From NCBI GenBank assembly GCA_964016885.1, contig OZ024762.1:27776001-27840000 (forward strand): DNA of 64,000 bases, given 5' to 3'. Source of the stretch: Eledone cirrhosa (lineage: Eukaryota). The position numbers and the translations under genes were made by a program. Below, piece after piece: positions 11,547 to 25,322 of this stretch (positions are counted from its first letter, which is position 1; every line of letters begins with the position of its first letter). Under the pieces are notes generated by a model. That model worked only from the letters and a program-made list of their open reading frames with translations, was not told the DNA's origin and ran no database searches.

Positions 11547-12496
11547 TAACTGCTCTGTAGAACAACTGATGTTGTTACATTGAGCTATTTATCTTACTGG
11601 TAATAAGGTAGTAATAATTTACTGTCTTTCACTATTTAGGGTTTAAAATATATATAACTATAAAAGGTTTTAGTATATACATAACCATAAATAGTATCCT
11701 TAATACTATAAATATCTATATATATTTTAATAATAGTGTATGTATTTTTATTAAAAGGATAGTTTGTTTATAATATGAGTTACGAGCGATGTTGTTTTAT
11801 AGGTGGTTGTTAATAATATAAGTTACTAGGGATGTTGATTATGTAAATAAATAGGTAGTTACAATTGGTAAGGTTTAAATTAAATTAACGGAGTTATGTA
11901 TAAAAAGTTTTTATGTTTGAAAAAAGGAAAGATAACTCCGATTTTTTTCATTAATCGCTAGTGTGGGATTAATTATTTAGTCTAAAGAAATAAGAATTTT
12001 TAAACATCTTCTTGAATAGGATACATTTTACTAAAAACAGTTAATGGTTATTAGTCTACATTTAAAAATTAGCTTTAGAGGGTGTCATTAGAAAAATAAA
12101 GAATTAAGAAAAAAGAATTAAAGAATTTAAGAATTAAAAAAAAAAATTAAAATTAGAATTATATAGAAGTACATAGTATATAAATATATATAAATATCTA
12201 TACATATACAGTACAAATATATTATAAGAAATTTTAAAGATATTATGATTTAGAACTATTAAAAGTATTAAAAATGTTAGGGCAGATAAGATCATTTTGG
12301 AGATTAATAGGAATATTATAAGTTACATATAGTTCTGAATGTAGAATTTTGGCGATGTCTGCAAGAACTGAATAGTTCTGTCCTGAGGTTAATAGATTTA
12401 ATGGATTTCCAACAAATTAAATATCTCCTCTAGATATAAATATATATATTTGTTACACAAATATTTTCGTATATTTTGCCAAAGCAATTAAACGAT

Positions 12497-12563
<67 letters not shown>

Positions 12564-12649
12564 ACAACATCAACTGCCACCACCACCACCACCACTGCCG
12601 CCATCACTATCACCATCACCAGCGCCTTAGGAAAACAGCAACTTTCATA

Positions 12650-12810
12650 ATAATAATTTTTCTGCTTTTGGCACGGAGCCAGCGATTGTTCCAACGCATT
12701 ACTGGTACTGGTGCACTCTTTTGTTGACTCCGTGGGGATGAAAGGCAAGGTTGACCTTGGCGGGATTTGAGCTCGGAGCGTGGAGGGCCATAGCTCTATG
12801 CTGTAAAGCA
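12650..12810 (-). mobile_element. SINE family A copy
   Basis: Diverged match to the family A body and B-box. Confidence 0.65.
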
Positions 12811-13319
12811 ATTATAATAATAATACTGAACAGTAACACGAACGGCTTCAACTATACAAACTCTTTTGAAAGTCAACAGTTGACATAATCTTGTAATCTT
12901 GTATCAGTAATGACGGTAATATATATATATATATATGTGTGTGTAAGTGACTAGCATGTGTGTGTTTGTATGTATGAGTGTTGGTGTGCGCATGCGCGTG
13001 TGTGTATGTCGTACGTATGAGTGTCAATAAGTGATTTTTTTTTATGCGCGGGGACATAGAAATAGTCGGGCTGGATACCCGATCGCGCAGTTAAACCACT
13101 GGGAGTGAAGAGCCCCTAGCCCTTGTCAGGGCATTCTTCTAGAAGGCATCTCAGGAAACTGGGTTAACTCTGACATAAAACGTGCGGCTCAGTAGTTACC
13201 GATGATGTTGATCTTTTCTTCTTTTCGGGTTATAGCTACTGTCACACAGAGAGTGGGATTGGCTCAGTGCACAGTCTTTCCTCACTTTAAAAATATTCTT
13301 CACATATAGGCATTGCACG

Positions 13320-16204
13320 ATTGACCACAAATTCCTGATCTGTGTGGTTGACTTAGATAGGCTTTATAGACAAGGACCCGGCTACTGGAAACTAAACGCA
13401 TCATTACCAGCGCGCAAGGCCTACAAAGACCGGATTAGCAAACTAGTTAAGCGGGCATTGACGGGGGCCATCGTCAACGACAAGTGGTGGTTTGCTCTGA
13501 AAAGAGCAATTAGAACAGAGTCCATTAAGTTTAGTAAGGCTTTAGCAATAGAGAAAAATAGAGCAGAGAGAACTAGTTAGAAAATTAGACGAGGCGCTTA
13601 GCAAAGGCATCGCGACCGACGTACTTGCGGCGAAATTGGCCCTTGACCAATTCTTCAATGCAAAGCACGAAGGCTGCATTGTCAGAGCTAGGGTGCGTGC
13701 TCTCAGACACGAGGGGACGAAAGCCGTTCAATGGGCCTGAGTGGCGGAGGCGCGTCGTGGCAACAAAGCCAGGACCAAGTCTTTGGTGGACCACGACGGG
13801 TGCATGCTACTCAATCCCGGGCAAATGTGTGAAGCTTTTCAGCGACACTTCGCTCAGCTGATCGGGGGCAGCGGCGGGCCAGATCGAGGGATGGACTTTA
13901 GTGTCTACTTCGACGGACTGCCGCGGCTCTCGGCCACTGAGGCGGAGTGTTGCAAAAAGCCGATAACAGCAGCTGAAGTACGGGAGGCAATGACTGGTTG
14001 CACAAGGGGTAAATCGCCTGTTTGGATGGTCCGTGAGCCGAGGAGCGGTGGCGCTGCTGAAAAAAGATCCGAACAAGGGGGATAACATAGATAATTTCAG
14101 GCCCATAACTCTGCTAAACACAGAGTTCAAGATTTTGGCCAAGGTGCTAGCAAAGAGGTTGGCGCTTGTCGTTGGTGGTCTGGTAGGAGAGGCGCAGACA
14201 TGTGCCATTCCCGACAGATCCATCCACGACAACCTCCACCTCATGCAATACATCGTAGAGAGGGTAGCTAGGGAACCTGGCACGGGTGGGTCCTTGATCA
14301 ATTTAGATCAGTCGAAAGCTTTCGATAGGGTCGACCATCGTTATCTGGCGGCAGTCCTGAGGGCGACTGGCTTTGGGCCCTTCTTCAGAGGCTCGATCGC
14401 TGCCATGCACAGTGACATCTGCTCTGTGGTGAGAGTGAACGGTCACCTTTCGGAACCGTTCAACATCATGCGCTCAGTCCGCCAAGGATGTCCCCTCTCG
14501 TTCCTCTTGTACATATTGACTCTCGAGCCATTACTGCACAAACTGGAGATGTTGTGGGGGTTCCCGCATGAACTAGGATGCGGAAGATCCGTGTCAGCAT
14601 ATGCAGATGATGTCACCATAGTGGTGTCGAACGCCAAACACATTGAGGCGATCGGCACTACACTAAGAGAATACGAAGCGGTGACAGGAGCAATGATCAA
14701 CCAGGAAAAGTCGGTGGGCCTGCAGCTCGGCACCTGGAGAGGCAGGTCCATGCCGTCCAACGGCGTCGTCGGGCGCTAGACGAACGGACCAGTTAAATTG
14801 CTAGGGGTCTGGTTCGGTCCGGACCTCCAGACGGACAAAAACTGGGATGAGGTGACGAGCAGGGTGGCTTCTCTCACCCAGAAATGGTCAGAGAGGAAGC
14901 TATCCCTGAAAGGTCGAGCGGAGGTGGCTAACGCGTACATCATGTCCATCATCTACTACCGCCTGACCATCGTGCCTTGTCCTAAGCCTCGCCTGACTGC
15001 TTCTGGACCGTTTGCTCTTTCGCTTTTTGTGGAAGGGACGTGCTCCGGTGGTCAGGCGGTCCATCTGCTGTCATCACCCGCTACGTGGAGGGCTGGGCAT
15101 GCCGTGGCTGATGATGCACAGACACGTGCTCAGGCTACGACATCTCCACTTCTTCCTCGACAGTGATCAGGTGTGGTCGCCGTTTGCTAGACGCGTCTTT
15201 CCCCAGCTCATCTCCTTGATGGAGCTGCAGTCCTGGGTCAAGCGAAGACCGAGAGGTAGCGCTTGGAGACTGGAATGTCTTCAGGCGCTCACAGCCCTCG
15301 ACCAATCGGGCAATGTGATCAGTGGAAACTCCACCTTGGCGTTCTATAGAGGATTAGTGGAAGGGAAGAGCGACGACGTACTTGGGCAAACTCTAGGCGT
15401 TGACAGAAATCAACTAGCCAATCTCTTTGGAAGAAGGCCGGGGCCTATGGACAACTTCCAGAAATCCCTGGCCTGGCAGTGTTACCGAGGTGCTTTGCCA
15501 GTTCGGGATAAACTCTACAGGCATGGAGGTGCCATCAGCCGGGCATGTCCAAGATGCACGCAGGGTGACGAAACTGTCCTGCACGCACTCGTCCAGTGTC
15601 TGAGCATTGCTGACTGTGGGTTTATGTCGAACACCTGCTGTTGTGTGTAGGACAGATCCAGCTATCAGCTGAGTCCATCGTGAGGATTGCCCCGCCCTCT
15701 TCCTTTAGCCGGGAAAGGCAGGCAATTTTTATCTGTCTGGTGGCCATGGCGAAAGAGATAGTATGGTGGACACGTTTGAAAGGGCTGAAGACGAGCACTT
15801 ACCTCTTCGATGATGCCCTGATTAACTTTTTCAAATTTCATTTGAAAAGGAAAATCAGGGTAGAGAGGGAAGTGCTCTCTTCCCAGCATTTTGTTGAAAG
15901 ATGGGTGAGAGAAGCAAGTATGGCCCGAATGAATGGGCCTTCTCTGAGTATGTGTCTGTAAATTAAAGGTGGAAAACTGGAAGAGGGCACTTGCCCTGGT
16001 GGTCAGGGCCACTGTGGTCTTTTAATGGGCTTTCTCCACAAATGTCCCTCGGAAGTCTCCCCCCTATTGGGGAATTTTTCTTTGTTATTTTATTTCAACC
16101 TCCGTTTTTTTTACACGCAGAAATGCCCATTTGTACCGTCCTGTATTGTCCTGTACTGTCCTTAATGTCTACTTTATGTAAACCCTTGTGGTTAATAAAG
16201 AAAA

Positions 16205-16205
<1 letters not shown>
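13320..16205 (+). mobile_element. 5'-truncated, frameshifted Tx1/L1-clade LINE ORF2 (RT plus C-terminal zinc knuckle)
   Basis: GPGYWKLNASL (end of APE domain), NFRPITLLNTEFKILAK, LDQSKAFDRVDH, VRQGCPLS, AYADD, CPRC...ETVLHALVQC; several frameshifts/stops; AATAAA then (ATT)n tail. Confidence 0.92.
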
Positions 16206-16268
<63 letters not shown>

Positions 16269-16309
16269 GTTACTATTATTATTACTTTTTTTTTTTCTTT
16301 TCCCAATTC

Positions 16310-19300
16310 AATGATGTTCCAAAACAATATAAAAGAGATAATTGGCAATAAGGGTTCTGGAACAAAAGAGATAATTGGCAATAAGGGCAGGGGCCCCAGG
16401 TTATCACAGCCTGGGCCCACTCGTCATCGTGCCACTGTAATAGAGCCAAACAAAGCATTTAGTCTTGGCTGCTGGAACGTACGGACGCTGCTTGACAGGG
16501 ATTCCTTGGAGCGTCCTGAACAAAGGACCGCTCTTGTTGCAAAGGAGCTTCAACATTACAATCTTGACATCATAGCTTTATCTGAGACGAGGTTAGCTGG
16601 AGATGGTCATCTTACAGAATTTTGTGGAGAATATACATTCTTCTGGAAAGGAAGAGATGAAGGAACCAGAAGAGAGGCTGGGGTAGCATTTGCTGTTAAG
16701 ACTGTTCTTGTGAATAAATTAGAAGAATTCCCAGTAGGGATTAGTGTCCATGAGAATTCCGCTGGACAAAGGAAGATATGCGACCCTGGTGAGTGTGTAT
16801 GCTCCAACTATGAATTCTGTCAATGAAGAAAAAGTGTCCTTTTACCATGTCTTGAAAGGTGTTTTAAGAAATATCCCTTAAGCAGACAAAATCATCGTGC
16901 TTGGTGACTTTAATGCTAGTGTGGGTAGGGATTTTAACACATGGAATGTAATCGGAAGGCATGGGGTGGGAAAGTGTAACAACAATGGTATGCTCCTGCT
17001 GCAGATGTGTGAGGAGCTGGACCTGTGTGTTACCAACACCATGTTCCAACAAAAGAACAAATTCAAGACCACATGGATGCATCCTGCATCTAAAGAATGG
17101 CATCTTTTGGACTACGTCCTAGTCAGGATGCGTGACAGACGGATGTGCAGTGTGTTCGTGCTCTTTGTGGAACTGAGTGCTGGATGGACCACCGCCTGGT
17201 ACCCGCAAAAGTGAAACTAATCACTAAACAAAATCCGGGCTCCTGGTGTTGCCCTGCCCAGAAGATTGAATGCTGCTCGTCTTAAGGATAAAAATGTGAA
17301 GAGGACATCGCGAGAAGAGATGCAGGTTGCAGATGTTGGTGAGGATTGGCCGACCCTTAAAAAGTCGGTTTATGATGTAGGCAGGCGTGTTCTGGGATTG
17401 GTGAGGAGAAAACATCAAGACTGGTTAAATGAGAATGATGAATATATAGAAGACTTGTTGGCTGGTAAGAGGCATGCTCTGACATGCTACTTGACGGCAA
17501 AACCACAGGAGAAGAATATGTTGCATAAGGAACTCAAGGATGTGAAATCACGTGTTAGGCAGAGTCTTTCTTAGATGAAGGATCAGTGGTGGAGTGAGAA
17601 GGCTGGTGAGATACAAACTGCGTCAGATTCCAATAACACAAAGCTGTTGTACAGTCTCTTGCGTGACGTTTATGGACCGTCTTCTTCTCTGGTGACGCCG
17701 CTTCACAGCAAGGATGGCAGAGAACTTCTTCCTGACTCACAAGGAATTCTACGAAGGTGGCGTGAGCACTTTCATGAGCTTTTGAATCAGCCGTCTGTCG
17801 TCAATGAAGATTTCCTCATGCCAGAAAGTCCTGTGAAAGTAGCTCTCGCAGAACCTCTGACACTTGTGGAGGTTGCAGTGGCTATCTCGAAGCTGAACAG
17901 TAGAAGGTCTCCAGGTATGGATGGCATACATGCAGAGCTCCTACAATATGGTGGTGAGAGACTCCTGCAACATCTTCACTCTTTGTTTGGCAGGATATGG
18001 GCTAATGAATCCATACCTGAGGACTGGAGAGATGCAGTAATGGTGGTCTTGTACAAGGGAAAGGGTAACAGGAATGATTGTGGGAACTACAGAGGTATAT
18101 CATTGCTTTCTGTCGTAGGGAAAGTTTTATGTAGGGTGCTTCTGGACCGTCTGCTGACACACATTGCAGATTGTGTTCTTCCTGAAAGTCAATCTGGTTT
18201 TCGTGCTGGATGCGGCACTACTGATATGATCTTCCCAGCTAGACAGCTCCAGGAGAAGTGCATGGAACAATGTTTGGATCTGTATCAGGTTTTTGTCGAT
18301 CTGACAAAAGCTTTCGATACTGTTAACAGAGATGCATTATGGAAGGTTCTCCAGAAACTTGGTTGCCCTGATAAGTTCCTTGCTTTAGTTAGGTCTTTCC
18401 ATGACGACATGAAGGCTTGGGTTAATGTTGGAGGTAACATGTCGGAGCCTATCTCAGTAAAAAATGGAGTGAAACAGGGGGATATTCCAGCACCGGCCCT
18501 GTTTGCCATATACTTTGCAATGGTTTTCTATATTGCATTCAGGAATTGCGAGCATGGTGTTTACATCCGATATCGAACCTCCGGCAGCATATTTAACATC
18601 AGGCGCTTTGCTGGCACAAACAAAAGTATTTACATCAATCATAAGAGACCTCTTGTATGCAGATGATTGTGATCTTGTAACGCACACAGAGAGTGATATG
18701 CAGTACATTTTGAATGCATTTTCTGATGCTTGCACTGCCCTAGGATTGACTGTCAGTCTCAAGAAAACCGTCGTCATGTACCAACCTGCCCCTAGTAAGC
18801 AGTACACTGAACCAACTATCTATGTGTATGGTAAACGACTTGGAGTGGTTGATCAGTTTGTCTACCTGGGAAGCGTATCCATCGATACAGCAACCTTGAT
18901 AATGAAATCCCACTCAGGATTAGGAAAACAAGTGATGCTTTCGGAAAGCGAGAAAGGCCACTCTGGGGCAGTGAGACATATGCAAGAAGACAAAGGTAAA
19001 GGTGTACAAGGCATGTGTGCTCTCTTGTCTTCTTTATGCTTGCGAGACCTGGGTCACATATCGACACCACCTTAAGCAATTGGAGCGTTTCCATCAGATG
19101 TATCTCAGACGGATCCATGGCGTTCACTGGAGGGACCACATCAGTGATGTCGAGATTTTGGAAAGCTCTCTGTGTGACAGTATAGAAGCTCTTGTGCTTA
19201 AGCCAAGACTCCGATGGAGTGGTCACCTTGCCAGGATGAAGGATTCTAGAATACCAAAACAACTCTTTTAGGGAGAGTTAGTTAAAGGAAAACGACCGCC

Positions 19301-20024
19301 ACATAAACAAAAAAAAGAGGTATAAGGATTCCTTGAAAGCCTCTTTGAAAGACGCTAACATCTCTGCTGATACATGGGAAAATATTGCTGCTGATCGTAA
19401 TAAATGGAGAAAGACTGTATATGAGGGGAAAGTTGCCTTTGAGGCATCTCAAATCGCATATGAGAAAGTAAAGCGGGATGTGAGGAAGGGCATTGCTGTT
19501 GCATTTCCAGATGGCGAAGGTCCTCCTATGGTGCTGACATGCAGCGTCTGTGCGAGACTCTGCCTAAGCAAAGCTGGGCTCGAAAGTCATCTTTGCAATC
19601 ATAAAGTAAGACCAGTGGTTGACTACCAGGCTGCTGTTGTAGATGCTACTCATCATGCTTGCCAAACATGTGGTAAAGAATGTAAATCAGCAGGAGGGCT
19701 CAAACGACATGCAAAATTACATGAACTCCAACCACAGCCGACTATTCCCAGTGAATGTTTTGGTTGCCGACTCTGTGCAAGACATTTTAGCTCATTGGCT
19801 GGGCTAAAAAGCCACATTCGATCACAGCACTGTTAATTGCTATCGTGTGTGTGTGTGTGTGTGTGTAGATATGTTTATGTTTGTGCGTGTGTGTATATAT
19901 AATTATTGTGCCAAATGTAGAAACAATTATTGTTGTTGTTGTTATTATTATGTTTTTGGGGGGTTTTTTGGGAGTTTTTTTTTCTCGTGCAATGGCCATA
20001 CTCGATAACGAGGGGGCAGCCATC

Positions 20025-20025
<1 letters not shown>
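16310..20025 (+). mobile_element. Near full-length, disrupted RTE-clade LINE (APE endonuclease, RT, three C-terminal C2H2 zinc fingers)
   Basis: CWNVRTL, IIALSETRL, LGDFNASVG, NYRGISLLSVVGK, FVDLTKAFDTVNR, GVKQG, LLYADD, RLRWSGHLARMKDSRIPKQL; C2H2 motifs in ORF 19333..19836; stops and frameshifts present. Confidence 0.95.
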
Positions 20026-20056
<31 letters not shown>

Positions 20057-20144
20057 ATATATATATCAAAAATGATAGAGTTTTGTAGTAAAAAGTACAA
20101 TTTAATAATTTTCAATAGGTGTATATATATATAGAGAGAGAGAG

Positions 20145-20355
20145 AGTAGTTCTGCAACAGTTAGTTCACTATACCGAGAACAATTGTTTTACCTTATGCG
20201 GATCTTCAGCTCGGTCAGACAGAGCTGAAGATCCACATAAGGCGAAACATTTGTTCTCGGTATAGTGAACTAACTGTTGTAGAACTACTTCTACCAAACT
20301 CATCCCATGGACTGAGTGCTCTACTACTACAGATATAACCCTTCAGTGTTCTACT
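20145..20355. mobile_element. Short inverted-repeat element with hammerhead motifs (family also at ~22410-22500, 30346-30498, 62164-62372)
   Basis: IR 20145-20289. Minus arm ACCGAG CTGAAGA TCCGCATAAGGT AAAA CAATTG TT CTCGGT. Plus arm GAG CTGAAGA TCCACATAAGGC GAAA CATTTG TT CTC. Confidence 0.75.
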
Positions 20356-20547
20356 ATTATATATATATATATCAAAGAAGAGATCTATATCATAAGAGTA
20401 GAAGAGAGAGAAAATTATGGTACAATATATTAGATGCCAATAGCTGAAGCAAAGTGTGCTCAATGCTTAGAGGTGTAGTGTTACATATTATAGAAACAAT
20501 GTTTCTTCTCTGAAGATTCTATAAAAATATCCCTTATAGCAATATAT

Positions 20548-20908
20548 ATGTATGGTTAGAGCATTGGCCTTGCAATCGAAAGGTTGTGAGTTCAATTCTC
20601 AGACCGGGTTATGTGTTGTTTCCTTGAGCAAGACACTTTATTTCACATTGCTCCAGTTTACTCAGCTGTAGAAATGAGATGATAGGGACTGTAGTCCCTA
20701 TCATTCCACTGCAAAGTGGTCGTGGAGGCTCCATGGCAAAAATGCACCCAGCCCACACTGTAAAGTGGACGTGTAGGCGCCACAGAAAAAAAGCATCCAG
20801 CACTCACTGTAAATGAGGTTGGTGTTAGGAAGGGCATCCAGCTGTAGAAATCAAGCCAGAATCAGGGAAAAGCGGACGTAAAATGATGATGATGATGATG
20901 ATGATGAT
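20548..20908 (+). mobile_element. tRNA-derived SINE family B
   Basis: TGGTTAGAGC...GAGTTCAATTC head, central TCCTTGAGCAAGACACTT...CTCAGCTGTAGAAATGAG, LINE-shared tail GGTGTTAGGAAGGGCATCCAG and (GAT)n. Confidence 0.8.
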
Positions 20909-21011
20909 GTACACTTGTATATGTAAAGAACTGTCATATTGATATCAAGTAGATTGTAAGAAGTAAATCTTGTTTTTAAATGTATTGCCTTCTCCTCCAT
21001 TTATTTATATA

Positions 21012-22152
21012 TCATCATCATCGTTTAACGTCTATCTTCCACTCTAACCTGGGTTTAGATGGGAATTGTCCCACGTGAGGCAAGATTGGTTGTCTTGCTT
21101 GTATAGCGGGTTTTCTACGGCTGGATGCCCTTCCTAACATCAACCATGTTTACAGTGTGGACTGGGAGATTTTTACCGTGTTACCTACACGGCCACATTA
21201 CAGCGTGGACTGTGTGTTTTTTTTTGTCGTGACACCTACACGACCTCATTTATTTAGGACTGGATGTTGTGGCACCAACATAACTTTAGGTGTAGATGGG
21301 GATGGGGGTAATGATAGTGATGTGGGGGTGTATTTTTGGTTAGGAGGTGCTTACTGACTGTAGGTTTCGCTTTGTACTTAGGCAAGGCGGGTCTTCTGTA
21401 TTACTGCGTAGCGCCAAAGATCTCGGTCCAGTGACATTGTCTTGGAGAGGTGTAAGTGTGTGAGGTCGGAATTTATCAAATCGTCCCAGGTCTTTCTGGG
21501 TCTGCCTACTCCGTAGCTTCCGTCTATTTTTATCGCCCTGCACTTTTTTATACAACTGTTGTCTTTCATGTGCATCACGTGACCATACCAACGTAGTCTT
21601 CTCTCAAGTAAACAACATCTGATCCCTCTTATTCCTAATTTCTCACTTAGTTCATTTATGCTTTGCCGTTCACGTATATTACTATTACACATCCAATGGA
21701 GCATGCAAGCTTCGTTCCTCTCCAGTATACCCTCTGCACACAATGCCCAAGTCTCACTGCCATGTAACATTGCTGTTCGTATACATGCAACATACAATCT
21801 GCCTTTCATTTTTAGAGAGAAACCTTTAGCAACCAATAGTGGTATAAGCTCTCTGAACTTTTTCCATCCCATTCTGACTCTAGCTACAGTACTTTCAGAA
21901 CACCCTCCACCACTGCTGATTTTGTCACCCAGGTAACGGAAGGTGTCTACTATTTCTATAGAACCATCTGGGCAATGGAAGGAGCTAGTATCCTGTGGGC
22001 ACTTGCTACTACTTATTGCACCTGAGCACCCGCCACATATAAAATCTATGTTTTTGGTTAGTTTACCTGTGATCCCATTACATCTTTTATGCACCCATAC
22101 TTTGCATTTGGGACATAAAAGGGAGTTTCTGCCTACTCCTTTCCTCCACATT
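21012..22152 (-). mobile_element. 3' portion of RTE-X-type LINE with PHD-like finger and 3'UTR
   Basis: CPKCKVWVHKRC...[35 protein letters not shown]; UTR matches 45222-45620. Confidence 0.88.
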
Positions 22153-22571
22153 TAAATAATGTCTTCCTTGTGAAATTTGTGGTCTTGTTTTGCTTAACTA
22201 ATGAATATATATATATATATATCCATATGATAACCATTATCACCGTTTAACGTCCATTTTTCCACACTAGCATGGGTTAGACGTGCTGTCCCATTGTAAG
22301 ACAAGTCAGATCAGATGACCATGTCTTGTTTAAACAGAACTGATTCTGGCTTCGTTTCTACAGCTGGATGCTCTTCTTAACCCCAACCATATTATATATA
22401 TATATATAGCAGTAGAACACTGGGATGTTATAACCATAGTAGTAGAGCACTGAGTCCATGGGACGAGTTTGGTAGAAGTCAGTTCCACAACGGTTAATAA
22501 ATCGTTTTCAAGTAGTAGTAGTACTAATATTTAATAAATAGATCAAAATCCAGAGAAGATTCAATAAGAGT

Positions 22572-22614
<43 letters not shown>

Positions 22615-22646
22615 GTATATATAAACCCATAAAGCAAATATTTATT

Positions 22647-22727
22647 AATAGCGCAGATTAAAAGTTTAAGCAAATAATTTCTGGTAATATAGCAGAAATT
22701 ATTTGAAATTTTTAATCTGTGCTAATA
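22647..22727. repeat. Imperfect inverted repeat between TA tracts
   Basis: TAGCGCAGATTAAAA...CAAATAATTTCTG / CAGAAATTATTTG...TTTTAATCTGTGCTA. Confidence 0.65.
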
Positions 22728-22776
<49 letters not shown>

Positions 22777-22932
22777 GTGTGTGTGTGTGTGTGTTAAGTA
22801 TTTCCATAGAAAAGGTAAAAGAAAGAAGAGTGCTCTATGTATAGTACAGAGCTATTTAATTACATATTAAACACCACAATATAATTACTCCATTACCAAA
22901 TGTTTCAAGAAACTAGGCGATTCTTACAGAAA

Positions 22933-23420
22933 CATATATATCCATATATATATATATATATATATATTCATATATATATATATATTCATATATATATATA
23001 TATTTATATATATATATATATATGAATATATATATATATATTCATATATATATATATGAATATATATATATATATATATTCATATATATATATATATATA
23101 TATATTCATATATATATATATATATATATATATTCATATATATATATATTCATATATATATATATTCATATATATATATATATATATATTCATATATATA
23201 TATATATATATATATTCATATATATATATTCATATATATATATATATATATATATTCATATATATATATATATATATATATTCATATATATATATATATA
23301 TATATTCATATATATATATATATATATATATATTCATATATATATATATATATTCATATATATATATATATATATATATGAATATACATATATATATATA
23401 TATGAATATATATATATATA
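22933..23420. repeat. (TA)n microsatellite with TTCA interruptions
   Basis: Directly visible. Confidence 0.95.
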
Positions 23421-23797
23421 TGCTCCGCTGGATGTGTAACAGTAATATACGTGAACGGCAAAGCATAAACGAACTAAGGAAAAAAAAATTAGAAATAAGA
23501 GGGATCAGATGTTGTTTACTCGAGAGAAGGCTACGTTGGTATGGACACGTGATGCGCATGAAAGTCGATAGCTGTATAACAAAGTGCAGGGCAATAAAGA
23601 TAGACGGTAGCCACGGAATAGGCAGACCTAGAAAAACCTGGGACGAGCTGATAAACTCCGACCTCACACACTTACACCTCTCCAAGACAATGTCACTGGA
23701 CCGAGACCTTTGGCGGTACTCAGTAACAGAGAAGACCCGCCTTACCTAAATACATAGTAAAACCTACTACAGCCAGTAGGCATCTCTAACAAAATCC
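23420..23797 (+). mobile_element. 3' fragment of RTE-X-type LINE
   Basis: [15 protein letters not shown]...RLRWYGHV...GRPRKTW, same family as 21378..22151. Confidence 0.88.
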
Positions 23798-23825
23798 TAT
23801 ATTCATATATATATATATATATATT

Positions 23826-24888
23826 CATCATCATCATCATCATTTTACGTCCGCTTTTCCCTGCTTGCAAGGGTGGGACTGGTCTTATTCAGCACAGCAT
23901 CTCTCCACTCGTCACGGTCCCTCGTCATCTCCACCGTGAGCTTCAATGATCTGAGGTCTGTTCTCACCACCTCCGCCCATGTTTTTCGTGGTCTACCTCT
24001 ACCACGTCTTCCTTCAACTGGCAATTCCTGGCACTTATTCACCCATCGGTCATCCTCCATGCACATCACATGTCCATACCACCTCAGTCTCCTCTCCCGT
24101 ACACTACATTCTATCCCTCTCAGACACAGTTTCTCTCTCAACACATTTATGCTGGGTCGTTCACGCACATTTACACTGCACATCCAACGGAGCATGCTTG
24201 CCTCATTTCTCTCCAGCCGTCGCATATCCTCTGCAGTTGCTGCCCATGTCTCACTACCATGCAGCATTGCGCTCCTCACACAGGCATCATACAACCGGCC
24301 TTTCGTACGCAAGGAGAAACCCTTCTTCGTCAACAGAGGAAGCAGCTCCCTAAACTTCTTCCAACCCGTCCTTATTCTAGATACTATGGCCTCGGAACAC
24401 CCTCCTCCCATGCTAATCTGATCTCCTAGGTACCGGAAGCTATCCACCACTTCTATAGCGCCCTCTTGCATTTGAAAAATGTGTCTATCAATGCGACTTC
24501 TACTGTCTAATTTCCCTGTACATCTACTGCATACATATTTCTCCCTACCTGTTAGTTTGCCTGCTATCCTGCTACATCTCTTGTGTACCCAGGATCTGCA
24601 TTGTGTGCATTTTATAGAATTTATGCCAGTTCCTTTTGTGCATATCGAACATGGCCATTTCCCTGACGGAATCAGGGTTTTGTCCTCTTTTCTACTCATC
24701 AACACTTTTGTCTTAGCTAGGTTCACTCTCAGTCCTCTTGCTTCCAACTGCTGTTTCCATAGCCAGAATTTATTCTCTAGCTCCTCTACTGATTCTGCTA
24801 TAAGAACCAGAGCGTCAGCGTAGAATAGTTCCCATGGACAGCCAGTCTTAAACTCCTCTGTTATGGCTTGGAGGACTATAATATTCAA
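23826..24888 (-). mobile_element. 5'-truncated RTE-X-type LINE (RT C-terminus, PHD-like finger, (GAT)n tail)
   Basis: WELFYADALVLIA (YADD variant), GLRVNLAKTK, CSIC...CTQCRSWVHKRC...[18 protein letters not shown]. Confidence 0.9.
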
Positions 24889-25121
24889 AATAGGAATCTC
24901 ACAGGACAGAGATAATGGAAAAAAACAACAACAAAATACTGGACAGTCCCATCTCCTCAGTCAAAATCTGGAAATCACTATGATTTCAGTGTATTAAGCT
25001 CAATACCATTAATGCCAGTGCACATTGGGACATCATACTCTGTGATATCATAATCTCCTCATACGGCCTACAGCATACGGATGACGCTTTAAGCATCCAA
25101 CACCAATTATATATGTATATA

Positions 25122-25179
<58 letters not shown>

Positions 25180-25256
25180 AAACCAACTTTTTTAAATGGA
25201 AGTTGTTCAATATTTTATGGTACGTCAAATTTATTTATAAAACTGCTTATATATTG

Positions 25257-25322
25257 TATTTTATCTGAAGAAGGCATGCCATATTTTTAATATGGTATCC
25301 CTGAAATATGTATAATGAAATA
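25257..25322 (+). ncRNA. Minimal type I hammerhead ribozyme motif
   Basis: TATTTTAT CTGAAGA AGG-C-ATGCCATATT/AATATGGTAT-C-CCT GAAA TATGTA TA ATGAAATA; 8-bp stem I. Confidence 0.8.

Noticed and set aside
13807-14760. Antisense ORFs over LINEs (also 18285-19262, 23873-24823)
   Set aside because: Shadow frames of RT coding sequence.
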